Assembly (NCBI RefSeq): GCF_947568905.1
Contig: NC_079171.1
Coordinates: 22,258,001 to 22,322,000, forward strand
Direction: 5' to 3'
DNA from: Ostrea edulis
Taxonomy: Eukaryota
DNA length: 64,000 bases
The notes under the pieces were generated by a model. That model was given only the letters and a program-made list of their open reading frames with translations, had not been told where the DNA came from and made no database searches. Below are positions 12,421 to 23,248 of the stretch, in pieces (position 1 is the stretch's first letter; every line of letters starts with the position of its first letter). The translations under genes were made by a program, and so were the position numbers.

Positions 12421-13258
12421 TTAAATTGTAGTCGCTAGTTTCGATGTTTTAAATCATTTACATGTAGTCATATGATGAATAAAAACTCTTCTCTCTATTG
12501 ACTTTTGACTTAGGTCTTGTAGTCTAGCTGTTAGCTGCAAATCTGTAGTTCTCTGGGGAAAATGATTGGGGCAGATCAGAGAGCTACAGATTCATCCCTT
12601 ATAAAAACGATTTATGGCGCAGGGTTTTTGGGGTTTTTTTGCGCACGATTGAAGTCTTATATCGCTGTACCTTTGTCTCCAAATTTTTATATAAATATTT
12701 CCTACTACATTTCCTTCAAACATTCATTGATATCCTATTCGAACCAAAAACTCACGGCTTCAGGTCCGTAGCACTCTAGCTGTATACAATAATGGCTGAT
12801 CGGGTATTGTTTCGTAGGCTCAAATACTAAATAGCCAGTTTCGCTGTATTGAACCATTCAGTCATAGGATAAAATAATTATTATGAACCCTCGAATTACA
12901 ATTCACCCTCTGGACTTGGTAAATACTGGACTTATCAGATAGTTAATATTGTATATACATGTAGTAGCATTAATACAGATCTTTCAAAGCATTTTGCAGT
13001 GTTATATCAATAGAGCTGTTTATATAATTAATCATGGGGTTTTTTTCCAGAAGAAATACTATATTTTATGTAATTTTCTTTTTGCATGATATATATATAT
13101 AATCATATATAATTGTCTGTGTATATAATACTCTACATATTCGTGGATATTACATGGTTTTCCATTGGTCAACACAAATAGATAATATCGAATATTACAA
13201 CGTTCATCATTACATAAAGGTGTATGCGTTGCATATGATACATGTATATTCTGTTTAC

Positions 13259-16209
13259 CTTTAATATTATCCAGATCGTTGAACAAATCAAAGCCCAAAT
13301 TCGAATCCACAAACAATTTAATCATCTCCTTACGAGTTATGAGATCGTCCCCGTCCTGATCATACATGCGGAAGTGACATTGATTGGCAATAATCATTAC
13401 GTCATAGTATCCGGGATTCTATCAGAAGGTGAGAGAAAAATACAATTCAATAATTCCATTATCTCAGTACTTAGTCATGATATGCATGGTATGAGTTATG
13501 AATTCGACATATAAACAATATATCTACAAAAGCATTTGCTAAATACTTGCCTCGTCATTATCAGTTGATCTTTTGAACATCCAGCTGACGGATACACCGA
13601 AGTCCGGATTGGAACCTTTATTTTTTGTGCCTCTGGCTGTAAATTTCCAGTTGCCTTTTCTGATACTAAAACTACCTCCCCCGTTTCCTCGAAAATCGGT
13701 CGCTGCCGAAGCTCCAACATCCCATTTTGAACCTTGATGTTCAAGTTTTATCTGAAGCTGTCGTCCAGTTTTGGTATGTATGGTATCAAAAGTAACACTT
13801 GTATCTTTACAGTGAACTATCGCCAGGAGCGTTGCTAAAACGCAGATGAAGTTTATTCCCTATGAAAATGATAAGAATGATATCAAACTATCATACAAAT
13901 ATACAGTTCAGACTGTTTCTTAATCTACATAAAGAGTCAAAGGTCTATCAATTTTCTGGATCCGCCACTGTGCTCGTATCATAACTCGACGTCATTAATT
14001 ACAAGGAATTCCGTCTACGTCATTAATTAAATTTAGTTTAGAAAATGTCAAGGGCAGAGTATCATTTGATCAATTTTTTCTTTACCAGCTCAACACACTT
14101 CAACACGACCTAGCAATGAAAAAAGACACGTGATTTTCACTTCTAATGTCGGACGTTTGGAGAAGGAAATCACTGTCTGTATCACACGTCTTAGGGTTGA
14201 GCGGCACCGGGATCAAGGATCGAATCTACGACCCCCTAGTTACGACCCCAGGCTGTCGCGATTGGTTCCACACGTACAATGTCATCCTCACATCTAAATT
14301 TACTAGCGTGTTGTAATCGGAAATTGTGTTTGCATAGTTGTTTTACGTTACTTCTACAAATTTTCGTTCATATTGAGACCAGGAGTAGACATTTAGACCC
14401 ATGCATAGGGCTCAAGGTTGTAGCAGTGAGTTCTTTATCGTGCCTACACTTGACGCAATGATAGTTCTTTATCGTGCCTACACTTGACGCAGAGTTCTTA
14501 ATCGTGCCTACACTTGACGCAGTGAGAGTTCTTTATTGTGCATACTATTGACGCAGTGAGAGTTCTTTATTGTGCCTACACTTGACGCAGCGAGAGTTCT
14601 TTATCGTGCCTACACTTGACGTGACACAAAACCTTGCAGAGACGACTACGTCTCATACTTGGGTTTGAACTCGGGCTACCCGAGTTGTAATCGAACGGGG
14701 GAGAGTTTCAAATCTAGTGACACTGTGACACATGAACTGTACCCAACATTAACCCTGCCTTCTACGATGGTTAGAGTGGTAGCAATATGGCGGTCGTGTA
14801 ATGATACTGCGCATGTGTCAATTTTCAAACGAGGAATGTGATTGGCTGGAGTATTATACATGGGAGTGAGAAAGAACATTGGAATATTTACCCTACTACA
14901 TGTAGGTACGTATTCGGGTAGGAACCATGCAATGTTTTATTAAGGTCTCACCCAAAGAGCTATAACTTTCACTAAGGATCAACCACTACCTACATATAGA
15001 TTCTGACGTGTCTTAGATTTAATACTGTATCTGAAGCAGGACTCGACTCCGTGATCGCTTAGTTATGTACAAAGTAAACAGTCTAACCATCATATTGGAT
15101 GACCTTTATTAGAAGAATTGAATTAACCTTGAAATTTTAGCCACTAGAATTATCTAAATAAATTGCACTTTAAAAAATGTGTGCAATGGTTATACCTAAC
15201 ACGAACATCAATTTGTTTACAACTTCATTAAAGGTCTTGCGTAAAAATATGACATTTTACAGGAATATATACATGTAATTGTATTTCTACTGAACGAAAG
15301 AGTTTTGCTTACAATTTATACTAAGACTCAACATTGTAGGGATTTGTAATGAAGGGATGTCTTTGAAATATAACCGTTTCTTCATATTTCAAATTTGGGA
15401 AAAACTGTATTTCTAAAACAAACAAAATTAAGACTGTCAGTTGGAAAAAATTATTTGCAGTTACCATGCATCAAAGTGTGTATTGTGAGTTTGAAATTGC
15501 ATAATTATGTAAATATCTAAAGGTAAATTGCACGTGCAAGGTTTGATATTTGACGCAGTAAGAATATATCAAATAAAGTCTGTTATCATTTCTCATTAAC
15601 TTGTGATTATTAATTACTGCAAACAATGGGACATTTTGAGTTGTTCTGCTGGTGTGTTGTACAGATCTTCCGGCACGTTTATTTTCCCACATCTAGCGGG
15701 CTGATAACGGAATTCTGAGCAGGATTGGAAAGCATTAAATAATATACAATGTATTTATTGTGTTCAGTCATGACGAATTGCGAAATCGGAGAGAAAACTT
15801 GGAGTCGGTGTATTGATCAGCCTCCAAAACAAACGTCTTCTCAGAGAATAGTTAGATAGTTAATATTAACATAATAATAATTGACATTACATGTAGCATA
15901 ATCCTGTAATGACCCTGTGTGAAAATTTGTTTGCTAATTTTAAATCACTTCGAAAATTGTTCACACATACTAAGCCGTATTACCTATGATTGACCCTAGT
16001 ATTGACCCTAGCATTGGCAGGACTTTGGTGTTCAAGTTTTATCGTTAAATTCTTATCCAAAAAATCTGCGACTCTTAATTTCTACATGTCGGAAGTTTGG
16101 CGAAGGAGCAAATTATCTACTTATTTTAACTTCTTAGAAATCACACAGCCAAGGAATGAGTAGGGTTGTAGTTCATATAACGAACGTCCTATCCACCGAG
16201 TCACCGAGA

Positions 16210-16262
<53 letters not shown>

Positions 16263-16398
16263 TTGCCAAGAAATAAGCCATAACTATTCATAAATTGGAG
16301 GACACGGATGAGCGTTTTCCATACGATTAAGGATAAAAAGGTTTAAATGTAACGCTATCAAAATCTACCATTCAGATTTCAGCTAAATGACTTACCAT
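13259..16398 (-). CDS. Paralogue B: secreted precursor = signal peptide + 78-aa cationic beta-strand peptide + KR site + EF-hand domain (last exon not found)
   Basis: Exons 16398-16396 (ATG|GTAAGT), 13859-13551 (309 bp, GC donor GAG|GCAAGT), 13418-13259 (160 bp, phase-1 donor). Protein MGINFICVLATLLAIVHC-KDTSVTFDTIHTKTGRQLQIKLEHQGSKWDVGASAATDFRGNGGGSFSIRKGNWKFTARGTKNKGSNPDFGVSVSWMF-KR-STDNDENPGYYDVMIIANQCHFRMYDQDGDDLITRKEMIKLFVDSNLGFDLFNDLDNIKG... Phases and exon layout match paralogue A; exon 1 is assigned from TATA spacing and a perfect donor. Confidence 0.8.
14440..14720 (-). mobile_element. Degenerate tRNA-derived SINE with internal tandem amplification of its core (agttctttatcgtgcctacacttgacgc units)
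   Basis: The core ctttatcgtgcc...gtgacac is shared with the SINE at 23010-23235 and repeated about 6 times; a B-box-like gagttcaaacc follows on the minus strand. Confidence 0.55.
16214..16260. repeat. (CT)n microsatellite
   Basis: Direct inspection. Confidence 0.95.
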
Positions 16399-16429
16399 TT
16401 CTGTTGTGAGTAGAATTGTAGTTGCGTAT

Positions 16430-16461
16430 CAATGAAATTCATAACAAGACTCCTTTATATA
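16430..16461 (-). promoter_or_regulatory. Core promoter of paralogue B (TATA + Inr-like)
   Basis: TATATAAAG starts at 16461 on the minus strand; TTCATT with its A at 16433; short exon ending ATG|GTAAGT. Confidence 0.6.
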
Positions 16462-16914
16462 TGTTGGTTATTTGTTACTTTCTAATTTTACCGGTTTCAG
16501 AAATCGTAATGTGAATCTTGATTTAAATATGTCATGTCACATGGTACGACCCGCGTCAAACGAATATTCAACAATTGATCTCTCGCTGTTTGCAATTATT
16601 ATCACATGATTATGTAGATGTAGAATTAAAACATACTGCACTTTGTTTGTTATTTTGGAAAAATTAAAGTACATCATGATTCTGCCTCCCTTTTTAACGA
16701 GATCAAGGATAGTGATTTGAGTTTTGTCTATCCATCTGTCTGTAACATCTAAAAAAAAAAAAAAAAAAAAAGACAGGTCAAAAGTCAAGCCTGACCATAT
16801 CATGTTTTTTCTGACTGGTACGATATCGTAAACACAATTTACAAGAATTCCTATGACTTTAAAATGACCTAGTTCAGAGGTTCATGTTAGCTCTAAAGTA
16901 ATTGTGGTAAGAAT

Positions 16915-17510
16915 TTGGTTTCTTGGTGATGTAATGGGAACCAAGTGTGTATACGATACCAAAAATGTAACATAAATCCTGATCCACATGGCATGCACGA
17001 AAAAACATAACAGGAAGACTGTGTGTATGCTAGGACTGAAATAAGTCTATATTCTCCTCACTGTCAATAGTACCTGGTGATAACCTGCTCATGACACCAA
17101 AAATGTTACGGGAACCCAGTGTGTATACGACACCAACAATGTAACGTAAATCCTGGTCACGGCACCAACAGTAACAGGACGGGAGAAAATACAGCAGACC
17201 AGACCGGGATTCGAAGTCGGGCGCCCGGAATCCTCTAGTCAGGCGCTCTAGATACCGACTGAGATATCTGGCCATCGGCGATTAAACCGCTACATTCCTC
17301 TCTCCTCAAATATCTTCACACTTGAGGACAATAACCTAGGATCTTTTATCACCTGAAAGTCAAGAGATGGTCAACGGCACAAAATGTAACAGGAAGGAAG
17401 AGAATGCAACGGACCAGATCGGGATTCAAACCCAGTGCCCCTGAATCTCTCATTAGGTGCTCTATAACCTAAATTATCTGTCAACGGCGATCGTATCCGT
17501 CTGACCGCTA
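16915..17510 (-). mobile_element. Cluster of tRNA-headed SINE copies
   Basis: Reverse-complement homologues of 44008-44108 at ~17170-17275 and ~17385-17500 (gaccagaccgggattcgaa; cgggattcaaaccc). Confidence 0.65.
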
Positions 17511-19474
17511 CAGTGATATCGTCAATACCAATGGAAATGCATTTAAACAGTTTTAAGATTGTGAAAAAATGATAGCTTGCATTTTTTTCTATATAAACGA
17601 TATATGGTGAAGTCCTTTCGTTCAGGGTTGGTGGGAGGTGTTGTGGGGGCTAGGATCTTTAAGTTCAATGACGCTGTAGCATTGAGTATGTTTATGATTT
17701 TTAATGACAGAATATCAACCCCTTTAGGTAATAAAAGGGAATTTATTACCATTGCAGATGTAGCCTTTATTTGTTTAACGTAGTCTCCATGACAGAATAT
17801 CTCATGTCTTTTTTAAAGTCATATGGTCAAGACCTTATGATCATTTGGGAAAGAAATTATTTCTTTTTTAGGAAAAGTATTACCTTTTTTATCATCAAAA
17901 TATTAATCATAACTTTAAATGGTTGACATAATATTTTCCACTTTTCGTTTGATCTGATAATCCGCGCCAGTCAACTCGACGCGATACGACTCTTTGGATC
18001 AAGTTACTGTAGTAATATTATAATTCTAAACACGCTCGATTTGATCAATCTTTAACTTTCTGTAAAAAAAAATCGTTTTCTAGAAGTCCTTTGAAAAAAA
18101 CTACATTCTTTTAATACATATATATGTTCTGTATTTTTATCGAAGTTTATGAAATGAATACTAAGTATGCAATTCTTATCCTTTGAAATGAGATTAAATG
18201 TAAAGAAAACCATACTGCAAAATTAACAAAATCAATTCGATTATGTCGTGAATTAATGCAGTATCACAAACCCCCGCTAGCGCCATCTAGCGGTAGAGAA
18301 TCGCAATACAGTGGGCTGGCAGTCATTACACTGTAACATATACTCATAAAAAATTAAAAGTGTTCTCTTAATTATTTTGAGATATTTTAAAATACTTAAA
18401 ACTTTTTAACTGAATTTCATTTGATTCGTTGCTTTCTTCAAATGAATTGATGCGCGTGAATGGAATTCAAACGCGATCATTGGAAGAAAACAACGGTTCA
18501 ATCATGAATATCTTTAATTCGCCGAAAGAGGGCTGTATACTTTATTTAGAGAGAGCTTTAATTTGACGAATGAATGAAAGGTATCTCCAACTGATTAAAA
18601 GCTCTCTAATTAGAACTGAAGATAAAGCGCTCCAATACGTGTAATATCAGAGGGTATCCCCAAAATAAATAGAAGAAAAAGGAGAAATACAAATTATAGA
18701 ACATTTGTTGATTTGGAGACATGATACATGTAGGTACTGATGTTAAATCATTGTTTATTCTGGAATGAGAACTGCCGACGTAGGACCTGTTAGGTGCTCC
18801 TATTGAATCGTTCCGAATAACAATTCACGTAGAAAGAACAACAATCAGCTGGCGATATCTTCAATGATTTGAGTTGTGGGGTATAAAGTTTTGAGTACAG
18901 CCATGCTAATTTAATGTGCCGTCCGAGAAAGGAACACAATTGCGGTATAGTTTTCGGTATTGAAAACTATTATAAAGATTTTCAGTTCCATGGCTGAAAA
19001 AGTCACTGTTCAAAAGCCATTAGCAAGATGACTGCATAGTTCTCGTTACAAGGAGGGGGAAAGTAGGACGAGGGTAGGGAGAGGAGAGAGCAGGATGGGG
19101 GGGGGGTGGAGAGAGAGCAGGACGGGGGGTAGGGGTAGGGAGGATATGGATTTGCAGTCTCGGAGTGTTCTTGTCTTCGTTGTTGAGTGTGTGGTCGGGT
19201 CATTGAATATACGAAAGCAGAACTACATATGTATTAAAAATAAATAGGAAGTTTATATGTACAGAAGTTTTTCGAAACTTTGTTCTTCAATACAATTTAT
19301 TTCATCTATCAGGACACATTTGAAATATACAAAATTCACATAATAATAACAACAAACATTGTATATAAAATAAAGTATTGCACTTTCGGATTGTTGTGGG
19401 ACTGTATGTGTAATTTCCCTGAAATCATTTTACGAACGGATTACAATTACATCACTTTCGGTAACGTAATGTGA

Positions 19475-21044
19475 CTAATAACTGGCGCATCCATTGATTA
19501 CGAGTGGCGCCATTTCGTCGAATTCCTCTTTTGTGATTCGACCATCTCCTGAAATAATAATTTTAAAAAAATTAAATTATGAAATGATAAATTTAAAAGA
19601 CAAAATTTACAAGAATTATCGATCAATACAAAGTGACAACTAATATTACTTTACAATTGTCCTATATACCAAGTCATCAGTCAATATACATGTACTAATT
19701 TGTCTGTCAATATACTAATTTATCAGTCAATATACTAATTTGTCAGTCAATATTCTAATTTGTCAGTCAATATACTAATTTTATCAGTCAATATACCAAT
19801 TTATTAGTCAATATACTTTATCAGTCAATATAGCAAACTATTACATGAAAGGCTCTCATTGCGCTGATCTTTGGATCTTGAAGAATGCATATAATATATG
19901 TATAAGTAAACTTAATGAATATTCATAACAGATTATTAGACCAAGCACATACCTTTGTTGATATCAAGATCATAAAATAGCTGAGATCCGAATTCTGGGT
20001 TTTCAAACAAGTTGGTCATTTCCTCCAGAGTTATGAAATCGTCCAAATTATCATCGTAGCTATTGAAGTGGCACTGATTGGCTTGGATTAAAATGCTAAA
20101 TTTTCGTGGAACCTGTGATTGAAAACGTGTGATTGAAAGAAACATATTCACAAGAAATCAGAAAGAATATGCGAACACATGATTAAAAACAAAGAATAAA
20201 TAGCGAAACTGCGCGAGCAATCGTCCCCACCCACCCCAAAAAATTAAAGCAAACACTAAAAGGTAACAATTAACTGGCACTTTCTATCATTTACTTAATG
20301 ATTTAGACCATGCAAAACAAATCAAGCATGCAGAGCCAGTAATATATTGTACATGTGCATTTTTTTCTTTTTTCTTGAGGGTGATAAAATGGTTGTTACT
20401 GCCATGAATGAGTTAATAGAATGGATTAAAGTCCCAAAATCAAACCGGACAAATCATATATTTGATGTGTCATTCTCACAGACACTGTCTTCTTAATCTG
20501 TATACTTACGTCATTCGTTGACCTTTTGAACCGGATTCCTACGCTCACTCCGGCTTTCCAACCACCACCAAAATTGGTAGAGCCCCATCCTTTAAAATTC
20601 CAATTTCCGGATTTGTGTCCGACTGTAAGCTTAAGTTCCGGTCCTTTATTTCCGGTTCCCAATCCCAGATTAGCTGACCAGGGCTGGCCATAGCCCAAAG
20701 ACAGCAATGTTGATAGGACGCAAAAAGAATAGAGCTGTATCTAGAAATTAAGAGAGCCCCTCGTTGTAAAATTGGCAATATATAATGTACATTTGAACAA
20801 CTCGCAGAAGAATTTTCATCGGTCAAAAACATATTGAGATTTTCTTACTCTAAAATTAACATTGACACTAGAATTAAAATCGAGGTGCTTAAGAATGTAA
20901 TAAGTCATTCGTTGTTAAACGTTGGAACTGAGTGGTACAAATGTTTTTCAAAAAGTTGATGAATTTCTAGCTTAGAAGGAATACTTCAACTTCATACTTC
21001 TTTAGTTTTAATTCTAAAAGCAGTTTGAGATTACTAACCTTCAT
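19475..21044 (-). CDS. Paralogue A: complete 156-aa secreted precursor = signal peptide + 53-aa Gly/Trp-rich cationic peptide + KR site + two-EF-hand acidic pro-domain
   Basis: Exons 21044-21039 (ATGAAG|GTTAGT), 20740-20510 (231), 20112-19953 (160), 19548-19475 (74, TAG); all GT-AG and phase-consistent, 471 nt. Protein MKIQLYSFCVLSTLLSLGYG-QPWSANLGLGTGNKGPELKLTVGHKSGNWNFKGWGSTNFGGGWKAGVSVGIRF-KR-STNDVPRKFSILIQANQCHFNSYDDNLDDFITLEEMTNLFENPEFGSQLFYDLDINKGDGRITKEEFDEMAPLVINGCASY. AATAAA on the minus strand at ~19296-19301. Confidence 0.9.
19700..19832. repeat. Short ~18-bp tandem repeat (gtcaatatactaattt...) in intron 3 of paralogue A
   Basis: Direct inspection. Confidence 0.8.
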
Positions 21045-21099
21045 GTTCGTCTTGTCAAGTTCCAAATCCTGTTATAATTAATGTTAAAGTTGAATAGTT

Positions 21100-21203
21100 T
21101 TAATGAACGAAAGCCCCGGTCGTATTTATATATATACTTGAAGAGGATTGTTCATTTTTCCAAACATATGAATAAGGGGTTTCCCTGATTTTTAATGACG
21201 TAA
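21100..21203 (-). promoter_or_regulatory. Promoter of paralogue A: TATA box, NF-kB/Rel site, CRE/CEBP-type site
   Basis: TATATATAAATA (minus) within 21123-21136; GGGGTTTCCC at 21176-21185 fits GGGRNNYYCC; TGACGTAA at 21196-21203. Confidence 0.7.
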
Positions 21204-21704
21204 GAATAAATTCATTAGCATAGTGGATTGACGTTTCGTATAAAACCGCAAACAAGGTAAACAGCACGCTTGAGTGAGGATGCAGTTCATAGGTAATACC
21301 GACTAAACCACGTAATAACTATCATGTATAATTCATGTTTTGTTTCTCTTGAATTACCAAAAGTTTTCAAAAATTGACGTATTACATAATTTTCTTATGT
21401 ATTTTTTTTGTTTTTGTTTTTGTATTTGTTTTTTTTTTTTTTTTCGTTCATAGTGTGTGTTTTATCGTTTAATGATAACATACACATTATGAACGGAAAA
21501 CAAAAACAAAAAACAAAAAAAAACAACCCAAAACAGAGAAAAAACTACATAAGAAAATTTATTAAATTTTGATATGATCAATGTGATTTATTGAAATATT
21601 GATCTATCTTTGCAGAAGGATAATTCTAAAGATATTCGTACAAAACATGTTCAAGTGTTAATATTGTAGAAAAAAAATATATCAACATTCTATATATGCA
21701 TCTT

Positions 21705-22990
21705 TACGAAAGCCCATTGGGCTCATTTCCGTAGCTAAAAAATAATATTTTGCGTTACAACGCTTAACTTTCGCGAATTAACGCGAAACTTTCTTGTTAT
21801 ACAGCGTAACTTTCACGAATAAACGCGTAACTTTCGCATTATAACGCGTAACTTTTGCGAATTAACGCGATACTTTCGCGAATAAAAGCGTAGATTTTGC
21901 TTATAAACACTAATTTATGGATTGAATGCGCTCAATATCAAAAACAGTAGCATGAAATAATTTGTTCATTACAATGAAGAAAAATAACGATAAACTTGTC
22001 TAGCTGTACTTTGTAATTTTGTAAATGCATATCTTTTGATATAATTTGACTGATTCAAGAATGTAATCTTATTCACCTTTAATTCAAATTTTACATATTT
22101 TGTTTTATTAATTATCACATAGGAGAGGTCTTTCTAGACAATAGAAATATATTAAAACCAAACCAAAAGCAAATCAAATGACAAAATTATAAAACAGGTA
22201 GTTACAAAGGTTGCTGTGAGAATTCTATGGGTTTTTCCAAAAGATGACAGCAAAGGGACAGAACAGGGGCGGATCCAGGATTTGTGGTTAGGGTGGCGCA
22301 ACTTTATGAGACAGATGGTCTGCGGCCGTCAGTGGTGGGGACCTAGGGGGCGAAGTCACCCCCCCCCCCAAAATCTCCTGGATGTTACAGATTTTATAGG
22401 GCTTGAATTATATCTCCTATGTATTCATTTTTACTATTTCCTGTCATTTTCAATTAGGTGAAATTAATAAAATGACGCAAATTTTAAGGGTTTTTGGAAA
22501 TAATGTAAGTTCTCCCAATAAAAGTAATTCAATGAATCAAACGAATTTGTCATTTATTTCCCCAAGAGTGGAAGAAATTATTCCTTCTTTTATCGTTAAC
22601 ATTTTTATAAACAAGAGACCACGATTTTCTGCTACTCCATAACCTTGGAAAAGTGTGGATTCATCTTTTATTGGAATATCTTAGGTCACCAAGTGCTTTC
22701 TAGAGACATTCTGCGGGGTTTTCAAGATATTAAAAGAATGAAATGTAGATTAAACATAGCTTACTCAGTAACATAAAAAATTCAGAGATTTCGTTTATTG
22801 ATAGTTTAAGGCTTGATTTCAATGGACGAAATTTTATACCCTCATATTAAAAGCTTTTGCTAGCTAAGCAACACTGGTATTAATCAATTACAAATATGAA
22901 ATCTACTTTGCATTCAATAAAACTTTAATAGCATATATACCAAAAAAATTCTGAAACGCGCGTGAATAAAATGTAGGCGTGTTAGATTGT
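21705..22990. mobile_element. Second, inverted and truncated copy of the IS3EU-like element, with a CAGGGGCGGATCCAG-type insertion from ~22263
   Basis: Starts TACGAAAGCCCATTGGGCTCA; collinear reverse complement of ~3960-4838 (e.g. gcttgatttcaa, gctagctaagcaacactggtattaatcaattacaaatatgaa). Confidence 0.8.
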
Positions 22991-23009
22991 TAGTATGGGT
23001 ACGGGTATA

Positions 23010-23235
23010 TTGTTTAACGCCCCTCTCGAGAACTTTTCACTCATATGGAGACGTCACCACTGCCGGTGAAGGGCTGCAAAATCTAGGCCTATGATCGGTG
23101 CTTACGGCCTCTGAGCAGGGAGTGATCTTTAACGTGCCACACCTGCTGTGACACAGGAATTCGGATTTTGCGGTCTCGTCCAAAGGACCGTCCCATTTAG
23201 TCGACTCTTACGACAAGCAAGGTGGTACTGATGGC
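23010..23235 (-). mobile_element. tRNA-derived SINE body, same family as 38760-39010 and 57330-57645
   Basis: Shared tail ctctcgagaa.ttttcactcatatggagacgtcaccactgccggtgaaggg and core cgtgccacacctgctgtgacac. Confidence 0.8.
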
Positions 23236-23248
23236 ATATTAAAAATCT

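Noticed and set aside
13059-13397. Single-exon 112-aa EF-hand protein
   Set aside because: Similarity to paralogue A stops exactly at the donor at 13258; the rest is intron read-through.
13496-13744. 82-aa ORF MNIKVQNG... (likewise 20545-20832)
   Set aside because: Alternative reading frames over the true peptide exons; only the frames giving signal peptide + KR chain in phase with the neighbouring exons.
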